Source: Candidatus Sulfopaludibacter sp. SbA3 (GTDB lineage Bacteria; Acidobacteriota; Terriglobia; 2-12-FULL-54-10). Taken from it: a stretch of DNA of 34,707 bases. Shown in pieces: positions 9,355-23,216 of this stretch (positions are counted from its first letter, which is position 1; each line of letters starts with the position of its first letter). The stretch covers positions 1-34,707 of the forward strand of contig CAMBEY010000003.1 in NCBI GenBank assembly GCA_945865705.1, given 5' to 3'. Position numbers and translations under genes: made by a program. The notes beneath the pieces were generated by a model. It did not search any database. It saw only the letters and a list, made by a program, of their open reading frames with translations, and was not told the origin of the DNA.

Positions 9355-10749
9355 TCAAGCATGGGCGCGGTGCTTGCCTGCATTGGGCGCAGCTTTGAGA
9401 GAACCCGCCAAGGCCTGCTCCAACGCGGCAATGTGCTCGTCCACCAGTTCGACGGTCTCGGCCTCCACCATAATGCGCAGCAGCAACTCGGTGCCGGAGT
9501 AGCGCACCACGATGCGGCCCCGCGCGCCTAGACGCTCCTCGCTGGCGCGAAGCTGCTTCTGGAAGCCCACCAGCCTCTCGATCGGTATGCGCTCACGCAC
9601 GGGCACGTTGCGGATCTTTTGCGGATAGACGTGCAGGTCTTTTACCAGGTCGGCCAGAGGCCGACTCTCCGCCGCCATGATGGTAACCATCTCGAGCGCT
9701 GTGAGCAGGCCATCGCCGGTCGTGGCGTTGTCGCTGAAGATGATGTGGCCGGATTGCTCGCCGCCCAGGTTGGCGCCGCAGCGTATCATCTCATCAAGAA
9801 CATATTTATCGCCGACCGCCGTGCGCCGCAGCGCCAGGTCTTCTTTCTCCAGAGCGCGTTCCAGGCCCAGGTTGGTCATCACCGTGCCGATGACGGCGCT
9901 GCCGCGCAGCGTGCCAGTGCGCTGCATGTAACGGGCGGCAGCGAGCAGAACGCCGTCGCCGTTTACCACGTGGCCACCGCCGTCCACAAACAGGGCGCGA
10001 TCCGCATCGCCGTCGAAGGCCACGCCAAAATCCGCATGCGCTTGTTTAACGCAACTGCGCAGCAGCTCAAGATGCATCGAGCCGCAGCCGAGGTTGATGT
10101 TGCGCCCATCGGGGCGGTCGCCGATATAAACCCACTCATAGGGGATCGCGGAGAACACCTCGCGAGCCAGCGCCGTGGCAGCACCGTTGGCGCAGTCTAT
10201 GATGGCGCGACGTCCCGGCAGCGGCTTCACGCTCCGGGCAATCTCCAGAAGATGATTGAGGTAGGGCTGAAGCAGAGTGCGATCCGTTGGCAGTATCTCC
10301 GAAGTTGGTTCTACGGGAACGCGCCGGATACCCTTGAGTTCACAGTGAATCTCCGCCTCGAGCTCCAGCTCAACGGCGTCGGGCAGTTTATACCCATCGC
10401 TGCCGAAAATCTTAATACCGTTGTCCTGAAATGGATTGTGTGAAGCCGAGACCATGACCGCCGCGGAATACTTCCCGGCCACCGCCAGATACGCGAGGCC
10501 CGGCGTGGGCACGATGCCCGGCGATGCGACCGCTACGCCCACTTCACCGAGCGCGGCGGACAGGGTGGCGACAATCCACGAGCCGGACTCCCGCGTGTCT
10601 TGTCCGATCAGCACGCGGCAATTCTGCCCCTGATTCTTCTTTAAGTGCCGCCCCAGGCAGCGCCCTACGCAAGCAATCGTGGTCGGGTCCAGCGGCGAGT
10701 CGCCCGCGACGCCGCGAATTCCATCTGTTCCAAATAGCGTTTTCTCCAT
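9355..10749 (-). CDS. glmM: Phosphoglucosamine mutase
   Basis: LFGTDGIRG, SASHNP, DGDADR, GGEQSGH, RYSGTE; follows cdaA-cdaR. Confidence 0.95.
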   Translation of the reverse strand: MEKTLFGTDGIRGVAGDSPLDPTTIACVGRCLGRHLKKNQGQNCRVLIGQDTRESGSWIVATLSAALGEVGVAVASPGIVPTPGLAYLAVAGKYSAAVMVSASHNPFQDNGIKIFGSDGYKLPDAVELELEAEIHCELKGIRRVPVEPTSEILPTDRTLLQPYLNHLLEIARSVKPLPGRRAIIDCANGAATALAREVFSAIPYEWVYIGDRPDGRNINLGCGSMHLELLRSCVKQAHADFGVAFDGDADRALFVDGGGHVVNGDGVLLAAARYMQRTGTLRGSAVIGTVMTNLGLERALEKEDLALRRTAVGDKYVLDEMIRCGANLGGEQSGHIIFSDNATTGDGLLTALEMVTIMAAESRPLADLVKDLHVYPQKIRNVPVRERIPIERLVGFQKQLRASEERLGARGRIVVRYSGTELLLRIMVEAETVELVDEHIAALEQALAGSLKAAPNAGKHRAHA

Positions 10750-10783
10750 CGGGTCTGCTTGTGTCGTCCTCTCGTGTGCCTGT

Positions 10784-11227
10784 TTAATTCTGTGCGGGCG
10801 GCGCGGCGGTCTCCGGGCGGGTTAGAGAAATTCTGGTTTGTGCGGGATGAACTTGCAGCACCGTGACTCCCGCCGGTGCTTCTACCAATTGAGGAGTGAG
10901 CGCCACCGTCATATCCATCGGCAAGTCTGCATAACCCACCGGAGACCAATCGCCAATCCGAGGGTTCTGAAGTATCGGCAGGTGAATCTCTTCGCGACGA
11001 GTGCCGCGCAGGATTGAACGTGGACCGCGCAACAGCAACTGAACCTCCGTCGGATCGGCTGACAAGATTGTCCCGGCCGGGACTCTGCCGAATTCGATGG
11101 GTACGGTTATCAAAATCAACGTGGTGGTATCGCGAGCCAGAACCGCCCACGCGGCAAAGGCCAGCGCCAGAGAAATAGCCTTGAGAGCAAGGTTCTCCGT
11201 CAGAAGTGTTTTGAGCCAGCCGATCAT
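10784..11227 (-). CDS. cdaR: CdaR/YbbR-like regulator of diadenylate cyclase
   Basis: ENLALKAISLALAFAAW TM helix followed by one YbbR-like beta domain; 4-nt overlap with cdaA. Confidence 0.8.
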   Translation of the reverse strand: MIGWLKTLLTENLALKAISLALAFAAWAVLARDTTTLILITVPIEFGRVPAGTILSADPTEVQLLLRGPRSILRGTRREEIHLPILQNPRIGDWSPVGYADLPMDMTVALTPQLVEAPAGVTVLQVHPAQTRISLTRPETAAPPAQN

Positions 11228-12165
11228 CTATCCCTCGCGCTTAACTTCTCGGTCAGCTTTTCGGCCTCAGCAGCAGAATGCCGGGCGTTATCCCGTGCGC
11301 TCGGCTCCGGCACCAGCGGCGCAGTCGCTGTCCGCGCCGCCGAAGATAGCGCGGCGGCGGTGGCGGGATTGGCGGGCTGGCCGAAGGCCTCCATCAGCCG
11401 CTGGCCAAGCACCTCGAGCGTGATGTCCATTTCGATGGCGCCGCGCATGGCCAGTGAGATGAAGCCGGTCTGCTCGGAGACGACGATGGCCATCGCGTCA
11501 GTCTCCTCGGTGATGCCAATTGCCGCACGATGGCGGGTGCCCAATTGCAGGCCAAGTCGAGTGCCCAGCGTCGGATTCACCGTCAGCGGCAGAAAACAGG
11601 CGGCGGCCAGCACGCGGTCCCGGCGGATGATCACCGCGCCGTCATGCAATGGCGCGCGCGGCTGAAAAATGGTCGCCAGCAGATCCTGCGTCAGCCGGGC
11701 CTGCAACGGGACACCGCTTTCGGCGTAGTTGCGCAGCGAGGTTTCACGCTCGACCACAATCAACGCACCGATCTTCTGCGCGGCCAGTCGATTGACCGCC
11801 ATCAAGATGTCTTCAAACAGATGCCTCGCCTCAAACGGCGACATGCGGCGAGAGCCGAATGGATTGCGGCTCAAGCGCGACAGGCCGCGGCGAATCTCCG
11901 CTTGGAACAACACGATCAGCGCAAAGCTGAGATAAGGGAACAGTGTTCCGATCAGCTCGGGGACCACCGTGAACCCGGCCCATCTCCCACCGAAGTAGGC
12001 GACGCCGAGCAGGGCCATCCAGACCAGGAACTGCGCCGCCACCGCCTGCCGGATGAACTGCACCGCCCCGTAGATGAGCGCGGCAAGAATCAGAAGCTCG
12101 CCCACCGCCAACGGAGTCAGCGGAGGCAGGGATTCGATCATTCGGCGGATGGCATCAAGGTTCAT
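11224..12165 (-). CDS. cdaA: Membrane diadenylate cyclase (c-di-AMP synthase)
   Basis: Three TM helices, IVLFQAEIRR, LHDGAV and GTRHRAA catalytic motifs. Confidence 0.95.
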   Translation of the reverse strand: MNLDAIRRMIESLPPLTPLAVGELLILAALIYGAVQFIRQAVAAQFLVWMALLGVAYFGGRWAGFTVVPELIGTLFPYLSFALIVLFQAEIRRGLSRLSRNPFGSRRMSPFEARHLFEDILMAVNRLAAQKIGALIVVERETSLRNYAESGVPLQARLTQDLLATIFQPRAPLHDGAVIIRRDRVLAAACFLPLTVNPTLGTRLGLQLGTRHRAAIGITEETDAMAIVVSEQTGFISLAMRGAIEMDITLEVLGQRLMEAFGQPANPATAAALSSAARTATAPLVPEPSARDNARHSAAEAEKLTEKLSARDR

Positions 12166-12293
12166 AGTAAGTCAGCCGTCGGAGTAAACAGGATCGCACT
12201 GCTCTGGCTGCGCTTTCCATTGTAGCGCAGCGGACCATACGGCATGGACGGCAGGGAATGTCCCGAGGGGTCCACTGGCATCTCGCCATCTTC

Positions 12294-12326
12294 CTTGGCT
12301 CAGGCTTGGCTCAGGCTTGGCTCAGG
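12294..12326. repeat. 11-bp tandem repeat (CTTGGCTCAGG)x3
   Basis: Three exact copies at 12294, 12305 and 12316. Confidence 0.9.
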
Positions 12327-12344
12327 AGAACCCCTGCGCTTGAG

Positions 12345-13175
12345 TCAGGCCTTCGGAGGATGCGACTGCCAGTTCGGAAACGAGCCTTGCGCCGCGCGCA
12401 TGCATTCCTCCATCAAATCCCGGATTTGCCCGCGGCGGTCGGCCAAGGTGGTCATCAGATGACTAAGCTCATCGGTCTGGCCCTCGTACCACTCCACCGG
12501 AACGGTGGCGGCCGCCTCGTCCAAAAAGTCATCGGGGAAATTCAGCAAGCGGCGCAGCCAGAGTTCCACCGCCGACGATCCACTGATTCCAGCGTAGGCA
12601 GCCACGTTTGGAAACAGGCCGCGGCGCGGCGAGTCGGGGAAGTTCCATTGATTGCCATTGAAGCAATAGCCCTGATCGATCATCGTCGCGTGAAACGCTG
12701 GTGCGGCTTCATGGGTCTGCGGGTTGGTCTGATGGAAGACCACTTGGCGCGTGTCGCAGTTGCAGGTCCATTGATCGAACACCAGCATACCGGCAAATGC
12801 ATCCAGGTTGGCCACCAGCGGCATCTGCTCGGCGGGAAGGTAGTCGAAGGCCGGAGAGCGCAAGGGATCGCAGGGGAACCGGGAGGCAAAGGCAAATCCA
12901 CTTTGGCAGCGCTCCTGGATGCTGCCGTTTTGAATGTACAGATCCGGCGTGTGCGCGATCACCCATTCGCTGACCAACACAATGTCCGGCTCCGAGACGG
13001 GCAAGCCCAGAGACATGGCCAGATGGCTGGCCAGCATCTCATTGGCGAGGATGCGCGGGCCTTGCGGATTGTTGCGGAACTTGACCACGTAATATTGCTC
13101 ATCGCTGCAGCGCATCAGATGCGACTGCGCTCCACCACGCATGCGTCGAAGATGTTCCACTGCCTGTAAAGCCAT
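12345..13175 (-). CDS. HipA-like (PI3/4-kinase fold) kinase
   Basis: Gly loop RGGAQSH, YVVKF lysine, LANE glutamate, FDQWTCNCD catalytic loop, IDQG metal motif; ATG at 13175. Confidence 0.85.
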   Translation of the reverse strand: MALQAVEHLRRMRGGAQSHLMRCSDEQYYVVKFRNNPQGPRILANEMLASHLAMSLGLPVSEPDIVLVSEWVIAHTPDLYIQNGSIQERCQSGFAFASRFPCDPLRSPAFDYLPAEQMPLVANLDAFAGMLVFDQWTCNCDTRQVVFHQTNPQTHEAAPAFHATMIDQGYCFNGNQWNFPDSPRRGLFPNVAAYAGISGSSAVELWLRRLLNFPDDFLDEAAATVPVEWYEGQTDELSHLMTTLADRRGQIRDLMEECMRAAQGSFPNWQSHPPKA

Positions 13176-13346
13176 CCGTGTGCGACGCACGCCTCCAAAA
13201 CTGAGTCTGACGGTACTCTATCGGGCTTTGCTATTGAGGACAACAGGAATTTGCAGATGGAAAGATTGGCCTGTCGGCTCTGCTGACAATCACCCGCGGA
13301 GGGTGGCTTGGGGATTCAACACCAGGGTTCGCCATATGGATTCGAC

Positions 13347-13375
13347 TTGACACCATCCACGGTCTGAGATAAAAC
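13347..13375 (+). promoter_or_regulatory. Sigma70-type promoter for the H1-like gene
   Basis: TTGACA (13347-13352) - 17 nt - TAAAAC (13370-13375). Confidence 0.6.
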
Positions 13376-13454
13376 CCAATTCTTGAGAGCTTTTGCCAGC
13401 GGACAGCGACATCCAAGTCCCAGAGCGAATCGGCGGGCCAGACGGGGGGCAACC

Positions 13455-13991
13455 ATGAGCGCGGATGAGATGAATTTCGGAATGAATGATGAGGACATGT
13501 TCGATGAACTCGATGAAATGTCGGGCGAGTTTGACAAGGAACTTGATGAGTTCGCCTCCGGCTTCGAGGACGACGATGATGATGATTCTTCTTCTGATGG
13601 GATGGTCGTCGAGGGGGTCATCATCACCGAGACCAGCCTGTCGCCAGCGCCAGCCACGGTGATTGAAGCCAAGGCAGCGCCAGCCGCTCCTCGCAAAAAA
13701 GCAGCTTCTCAAGCCGCCCGAGCCTCGAAGAAATTCGCAGGCAAGCCCAAGAAGACCGCGGCAACGAAGTCGAGTCCAAAGAAAGCGCCGGTCCGCAAGA
13801 AGCCAGCGACCAGGAAGAAGGCCAAAGCACCCGCCAGACCAGTTGCCAAACGGGTCGCCAAGCCGGTGCGCAAGAAAGCCGCGAGGCCGGTGGCGGCTAA
13901 ACGTGGCAAGGCCGCAAAGAAAAAGGCCCCCGCTCACAAGATATCGTCGTCCAGGAAGCGCCCAGGCAAAGCCAAGAAATCACGCCGCTAA
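13455..13991 (+). CDS. Disordered protein with acidic N-terminus and histone H1-like Lys/Ala/Pro-rich C-terminus
   Basis: ATG at 13455 after GGGGGG RBS; D/E-rich first ~50 aa; C-terminal ~100 aa of K/A/R/P including SPKK. Confidence 0.8.
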   Translation: MSADEMNFGMNDEDMFDELDEMSGEFDKELDEFASGFEDDDDDDSSSDGMVVEGVIITETSLSPAPATVIEAKAAPAAPRKKAASQAARASKKFAGKPKKTAATKSSPKKAPVRKKPATRKKAKAPARPVAKRVAKPVRKKAARPVAAKRGKAAKKKAPAHKISSSRKRPGKAKKSRR

Positions 13992-14216
13992 ATACTTTCC
14001 GAGTTTCAACAACTCACCTGCACCGCCGATGATGGTACTAAAGGCGGGTGCCGAACCAGTAACTTCGTCCGCCTGCAACGCCTTTTGAAGCGTATTTCTT
14101 TTCACAACGGGTCGTGTTTGGACGATTATCAATGTAGGGTCGTCAGCGCTGATTGGCGTCGGCGCTTTGGTCCGAGTTCGGGAAAGCAATGATTCGCTGC
14201 GCGGGAGCCGCGTGCA

Positions 14217-14681
14217 ATGGTCGATTATCAGTTCGTAACGGAAAAACTCGCGGTCGGCGGATTCATCCGCAATGTGGAGAACATGCGCGAACTGGCCGAG
14301 GCCGGCTTCACGCATGTGATCAACATGATGCACGAGTTCGACGACCACTCGATCAACGACGGCACCGGCGTCGTGGTGCTCCAGAACGGGACAACGGACG
14401 ATTTTCTTCCCAAGCCATCGTCGCTCTTCTGGACCGGGGTGGATTTTACTTTGCTCGCGCTGGAAAATCCCAACGCGAAGATTTACGTGCATTGCGCGGC
14501 GGGCGTCCACCGCAGCCCGCTCATGGTGCTGGCCATCATGCGGGCGCTGGGCTACGAGCGCAAGCAAGCCATCAACATGATCACCGAAGCCCGCCCGCAA
14601 GCCAACTTCCCGCCCGTCTACGTCATGAGCGTGGAAGACTTCATGCGCGAGTTCCGCGCCGCCAGCCAGCCCACCACCTAG
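14217..14681 (+). CDS. Dual-specificity/tyrosine protein phosphatase
   Basis: VHCAAGVHRS = HCX5R active site; TTDD general-acid loop. Confidence 0.9.
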   Translation: MVDYQFVTEKLAVGGFIRNVENMRELAEAGFTHVINMMHEFDDHSINDGTGVVVLQNGTTDDFLPKPSSLFWTGVDFTLLALENPNAKIYVHCAAGVHRSPLMVLAIMRALGYERKQAINMITEARPQANFPPVYVMSVEDFMREFRAASQPTT

Positions 14682-14849
14682 GCATTCGGTGCACACTCAG
14701 GACAGCGCGACCGTCTGGCAGCTCGCAGGAGCGCACGCAATCTTATCCATGTCTGAGCTGTTCTTTAATTATCTTCAGAAATTCTTGCCGCTGTGCCCGC
14801 TTGCCAACTGAGCAGCGCCGGAGCCTTGAGCGGTTCGGCTCTGGCGTCT

Positions 14850-14996
14850 TCACTCTTCCACAGGAATGTCAGCGAGACGGCGCGGCGCTTTCAGTCCCTT
14901 GATGCGGAGATATTTCGACTGGCCGCCGCGTTTATGCGGTTTGCACAACAGGCAACCTGCGCGCTGATGTTTGGCTCGTTTGCGCCGGTGGTTCAT
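14850..14996 (-). CDS. 48-aa basic protein with CxxCxxH motif
   Basis: MNHRRKRAKHQRAGCLLCKPHKRGGQSKYLRIKGLKAPRRLADIPVEE; extended -10 TGGTACATT ends 7 nt before the ATG. Confidence 0.6.
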   Translation of the reverse strand: MNHRRKRAKHQRAGCLLCKPHKRGGQSKYLRIKGLKAPRRLADIPVEE

Positions 14997-15003
14997 GTTC
15001 CAA

Positions 15004-15012
15004 AATGTACCA
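15004..15012 (-). promoter_or_regulatory. Extended -10 element (leaderless transcript candidate)
   Basis: TGG-TACATT on minus strand, 7 nt upstream of ATG 14996. Confidence 0.5.
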
Positions 15013-15028
15013 CAATTGGGGTTGTCGG

Positions 15029-16472
15029 TTACGCCAGCGGGGCGGGGAGGTCGCTGTGGCCCATCAGGTAGAGGTCCACGCCGCGGGCGGCGGAGCGGCC
15101 TTCGGCGATGGCCCAGACGATCAGCGACTGGCCGCGCTGCATGTCGCCGGCGGTGAAGACGCCGGGGACGTTGGTCATCCAGTTTGCGTCGCGCGCGACG
15201 TTGCCGCGCTCGGTGAGCTTCACGCCGAACTGATCGAGCATGCCTTTCTTCTCGGGGCCAAGGAAGCCCATGGCCAGCAGCACCAGATCGGCTTCGATCT
15301 CCATCTCGGTGCCGGGGATGTCGACAAAGCCGAGACGGCCTTGCGCGTCGGGAGCCATCTTCACCTGCACGGTGTGCAGCTTCTTCACCACGCCATCAAC
15401 GCCCGAAAAGTTCTTGGTCGAAATGGAATACTCGCGAATGCCGCCTTCGTCATGCGCCGAGGAGGTGCGGAAGATATTCGGCCACAGCGGCCAGGGGTTG
15501 TTGAGCACATCGCGCGCGTCAGGAGGCTTGGGCAGCAGTTCGAGTTGGTGGACGGACTTACATCCCTGCCGATGCACCGTGCCCAAGCAGTCCGCGCCGG
15601 TGTCGCCGCCGCCGATGATCACCACGCGCTTGCCTTCAGCGGAGATGAACTGGCTGTCCGAAATCGTGTCGCCTTCGCACTTCTTGTTCTGCAACGGCAG
15701 AAAGTCCATCGCGTAATAGATGCCCTTGAGTTCGCGTCCGGGAATGGGCAGGTCGCGCGGAGCGGTGGCGCCGCCGGCCAGCACGATGGCGTCGAAATCC
15801 TTCTGCAATTCCTTCACCGCGACATTCACGCCGATGTTGGCGCTGGTGCGGAAGATAACTCCAGCCTGCTCCATCAGCGCAAGCCGGCGGTTGAGGACAT
15901 TCTTCTCCATCTTGAATTCAGGGATGCCGTAGCGCATCAAGCCGCCGATGCGGTCGGCGCGCTCGAAGACGGTTACAAGATGGCCGGCCTTGTTGAGCTG
16001 GTCCGCCGTCGCCAGCCCCGCCGGGCCGGAGCCCACCACAGCGACCTTCTTGCCCGTGCGCACCGTGGGCGTGAACGGCTTGACGAAGCCGCTCTCGAAG
16101 GCGCGTTCGATGATGGAGACTTCCACCTGCTTGATCGTAACCGGCTGATTGTTGATGCCCAGCACGCACGAACCTTCGCACGGCGCGGGGCAGAGGCGTC
16201 CCGTGAACTCCGGGAAATTATTCGTTGAGTGCAGCCGCGTGATCGCCTCCGACCAGCGGTCGCGATAGACCAAGTCGTTCCAGTCTGGGATCAGATTGCC
16301 CAGCGGACAGCCCATGTGGCAGAAGGGAATGCCGCAATCCATGCAGCGCGCGGCCTGCTTCTTGAGCTTGGCATCTTCGGCGGGCAGCGTCACTTCGCGG
16401 TAGTCGTGGAGGCGCTCCTCGACTGGCCGATACTTGAACTTCTCGCGGTCGTACTCGATAAATCCGGTTACC

Positions 16473-16480
<8 letters not shown>
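15029..16480 (-). CDS. gltD: Glutamate synthase small (beta) subunit
   Basis: [10 protein letters not shown]...[39 protein letters not shown]. Confidence 0.97.
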
Positions 16481-21074
<4,594 letters not shown>

Positions 21075-21242
21075 AGGCCTTCCTCCATGAAGAGCGGTCA
21101 GGTGTAACGACAGATTGTCTGCGTATTGCCGGGGAATACCTCGGACTACCCGGGAATCAATAGTACAAGATATTGGTCCATAATCCAAGCCGAAAATAAA
21201 GATTCTTTACATTACATTTACTTATATTGTAGAATGGCCTTT

Positions 21243-22142
21243 ATGAACTTGGATTCCATGCAATTATACTGTGATATCATACGCTTACGAAGCTTTTCGC
21301 GGGGAGCGGACGAGCAAAAAATCTCCCAATCCGCCGCCAGCCAGACAATTCAACAGATCGAAACCGACATGCGCGTGCGGCTGATCGACCGCAGCATGAG
21401 ACCGTTTGGAGTGACCGTCGAAGGGCAAAAGTTTTACGACACCTGCCGCAGCATCCTGCAAACCTACGAGGAAATGCGCGCCGAGATCACCGCCAGCCTG
21501 CACGAGCTCTCCGGCAGCGTGCGCGTGGCGGCTATCTACTCGATCGGCTTGCAAGGCATGAGCGGCCCCATGCAGCGCTTTCAATCGCAATACCCGCAGG
21601 TACGCGTGCGGCTCGAATGCCTGCATCCGCATCAGGTGGTGGAGGCGGTGCTGAACGACGAAGCCGATTTGGGCCTGCTGTCCTATCCACCGGCCAAGCG
21701 CGCCTTATCGGTGGTGCATCTGCATGACGAGCCAATGGTTTTTGTCTGCCATCCCGGCCATGGCCTGGCAAAAAAAAAGAAGGTCGCGCCGAAAGATTTA
21801 TTGAACGAGCCGTTCATCGCCTTCGAGACCTCCCTAGCCATTCGCAAGGCCATCGACCGTGCGCTGCGTAAGCATGAAGTCCGCCCGCAGGTGGTCATGG
21901 AGTTCGACAACGTGGAGACCATCAAGCAGGCCATCATCAACGGCACCGGCGTGGGCCTGCTGCCCGGGCCAAGCGTCATCAAGGAAGCCGGCATCGGCAC
22001 GCTGGCCGTCGTGCCTTTCGATATCCCCGACCTAAGCCGCCCCATCGGCGCCATCCATCGTCGCAACAAGCCACTGTCGCCCGCCGTGGCGCGTTTCATT
22101 GAATTGCTGCGCGAAGACACCACGTCGAGCGCGGCAGCTTAA
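21243..22142 (+). CDS. LysR-family transcriptional regulator, divergent from gltBD (GltC-like position)
   Basis: SFSRGA...SQSAASQTIQQIE...LIDR HTH and substrate-binding domain; TTTACA-18-TAGAAT ends 7 nt before ATG 21243. Confidence 0.92.
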   Translation: MNLDSMQLYCDIIRLRSFSRGADEQKISQSAASQTIQQIETDMRVRLIDRSMRPFGVTVEGQKFYDTCRSILQTYEEMRAEITASLHELSGSVRVAAIYSIGLQGMSGPMQRFQSQYPQVRVRLECLHPHQVVEAVLNDEADLGLLSYPPAKRALSVVHLHDEPMVFVCHPGHGLAKKKKVAPKDLLNEPFIAFETSLAIRKAIDRALRKHEVRPQVVMEFDNVETIKQAIINGTGVGLLPGPSVIKEAGIGTLAVVPFDIPDLSRPIGAIHRRNKPLSPAVARFIELLREDTTSSAAA

Positions 22143-22208
22143 TTCGATTGACGATTCAGTCGATTGTGTCCAGCATCGCGTCTCTTCAATATTCCACCCC
22201 CCACTCGC

Positions 22209-22297
22209 TGTCATCCTGAGCACCGCGAAGGATCTGCTTTTTTCACCAGGCAGGACAGGCTGGGGAAAACAGATTCTTCGCGGTACTCAGAATGACA
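22209..22297. repeat. REP-like inverted repeat, family B
   Basis: tgtcatcctgagcaccgcgaaggatctg ... cagattcttcgcggtactcagaatgaca between convergent genes. Confidence 0.85.
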
Positions 22298-22322
22298 TTC
22301 GAATAGAAACCGGAACCCAACT

Positions 22323-23216
22323 CTAGTTGGCCGTAGTCGATTCAGACTTTGCGGTGATGGGCGGGGTGATAGGAGCGATAGGCGGCGTACTCGGCAGCGG
22401 CGGCAGCTTGACCGGCCCAGCCAGCCATTCCGGGACGCGCCACGGATAATAGGAATTGAAGTCGTACTGACCCACTAGGAATACCGGCGTGCCGTACTCC
22501 ACAACAGTGACTCCCGTGGGATCGAGCTTCCACGGCTCGCCCCAGCCGTAGAGCCACATCGCGTCGCGCTCCAGCATCCGTATGCAGGAGTGACTGGCCG
22601 GATAGCCCGGCATCTCCAGCGCGTGCAGCGCGCGCCCTTCCGTGTTCTGAAAATTGAAATACCACTTCATGTACCACGTCGGATCTTCCGTGCTGGTGCG
22701 GCCCTTCGATTTCCAGTTGAGATGATGGAACCCCTCCGGCGTGGGCATCTTATCCGAGCCCGAACTGATCGGCCCCCAGCGCACCAACTTCCCGTACTCA
22801 TACGCGCCAAACACCTGCCCCGGCAGATGCACCACGATGGCCTTGGGCGTTTGCGCGGCGCTCGGATACAGGCGCGGCAGCGGGCTGTACTCCAACTCGT
22901 CCAGATCCAGCCGCTCCGGGATCACCAACTGCCTCATGCGCGGCAGATGCGCCACGTCGGCGCGATTCAGCTTCTCGAGCAGCGCCATCTGCTCCGGCGT
23001 GAAGCGCTTCTTCAGCTCGCCTTCCCCCACACGGCCTGGCTCGATGCGCCCAGGCTCAATCGTGTAGTTGACCGCGTGCCCGGTGACGCGCACCGTCTCC
23101 TTCATGTTGGGCTGGTAAGGCACGCCGCCATTCTGCGCGAGCAGACTCCAGGGCTGCGACATAGCCATGATGCTCAGGGCGAGCACGGACAAAGTTCGAC
23201 TGGCTGGCTGCGTCAT
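22323..23216 (-). CDS. L,D-transpeptidase (YkuD family), exported
   Basis: PISSG..PTPEG, ALH...PGYPASHSCIR catalytic motif; signal peptide after ATG 23216. Confidence 0.88.
   Translation of the reverse strand: MTQPASRTLSVLALSIMAMSQPWSLLAQNGGVPYQPNMKETVRVTGHAVNYTIEPGRIEPGRVGEGELKKRFTPEQMALLEKLNRADVAHLPRMRQLVIPERLDLDELEYSPLPRLYPSAAQTPKAIVVHLPGQVFGAYEYGKLVRWGPISSGSDKMPTPEGFHHLNWKSKGRTSTEDPTWYMKWYFNFQNTEGRALHALEMPGYPASHSCIRMLERDAMWLYGWGEPWKLDPTGVTVVEYGTPVFLVGQYDFNSYYPWRVPEWLAGPVKLPPLPSTPPIAPITPPITAKSESTTAN

Noticed and set aside
13200-13450. Riboswitch or ncRNA between kinase and H1-like gene (e.g. c-di-AMP riboswitch)
   Set aside because: No consensus motif recognisable by eye; region is adequately explained by divergent promoters. 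An Rfam scan would settle it.
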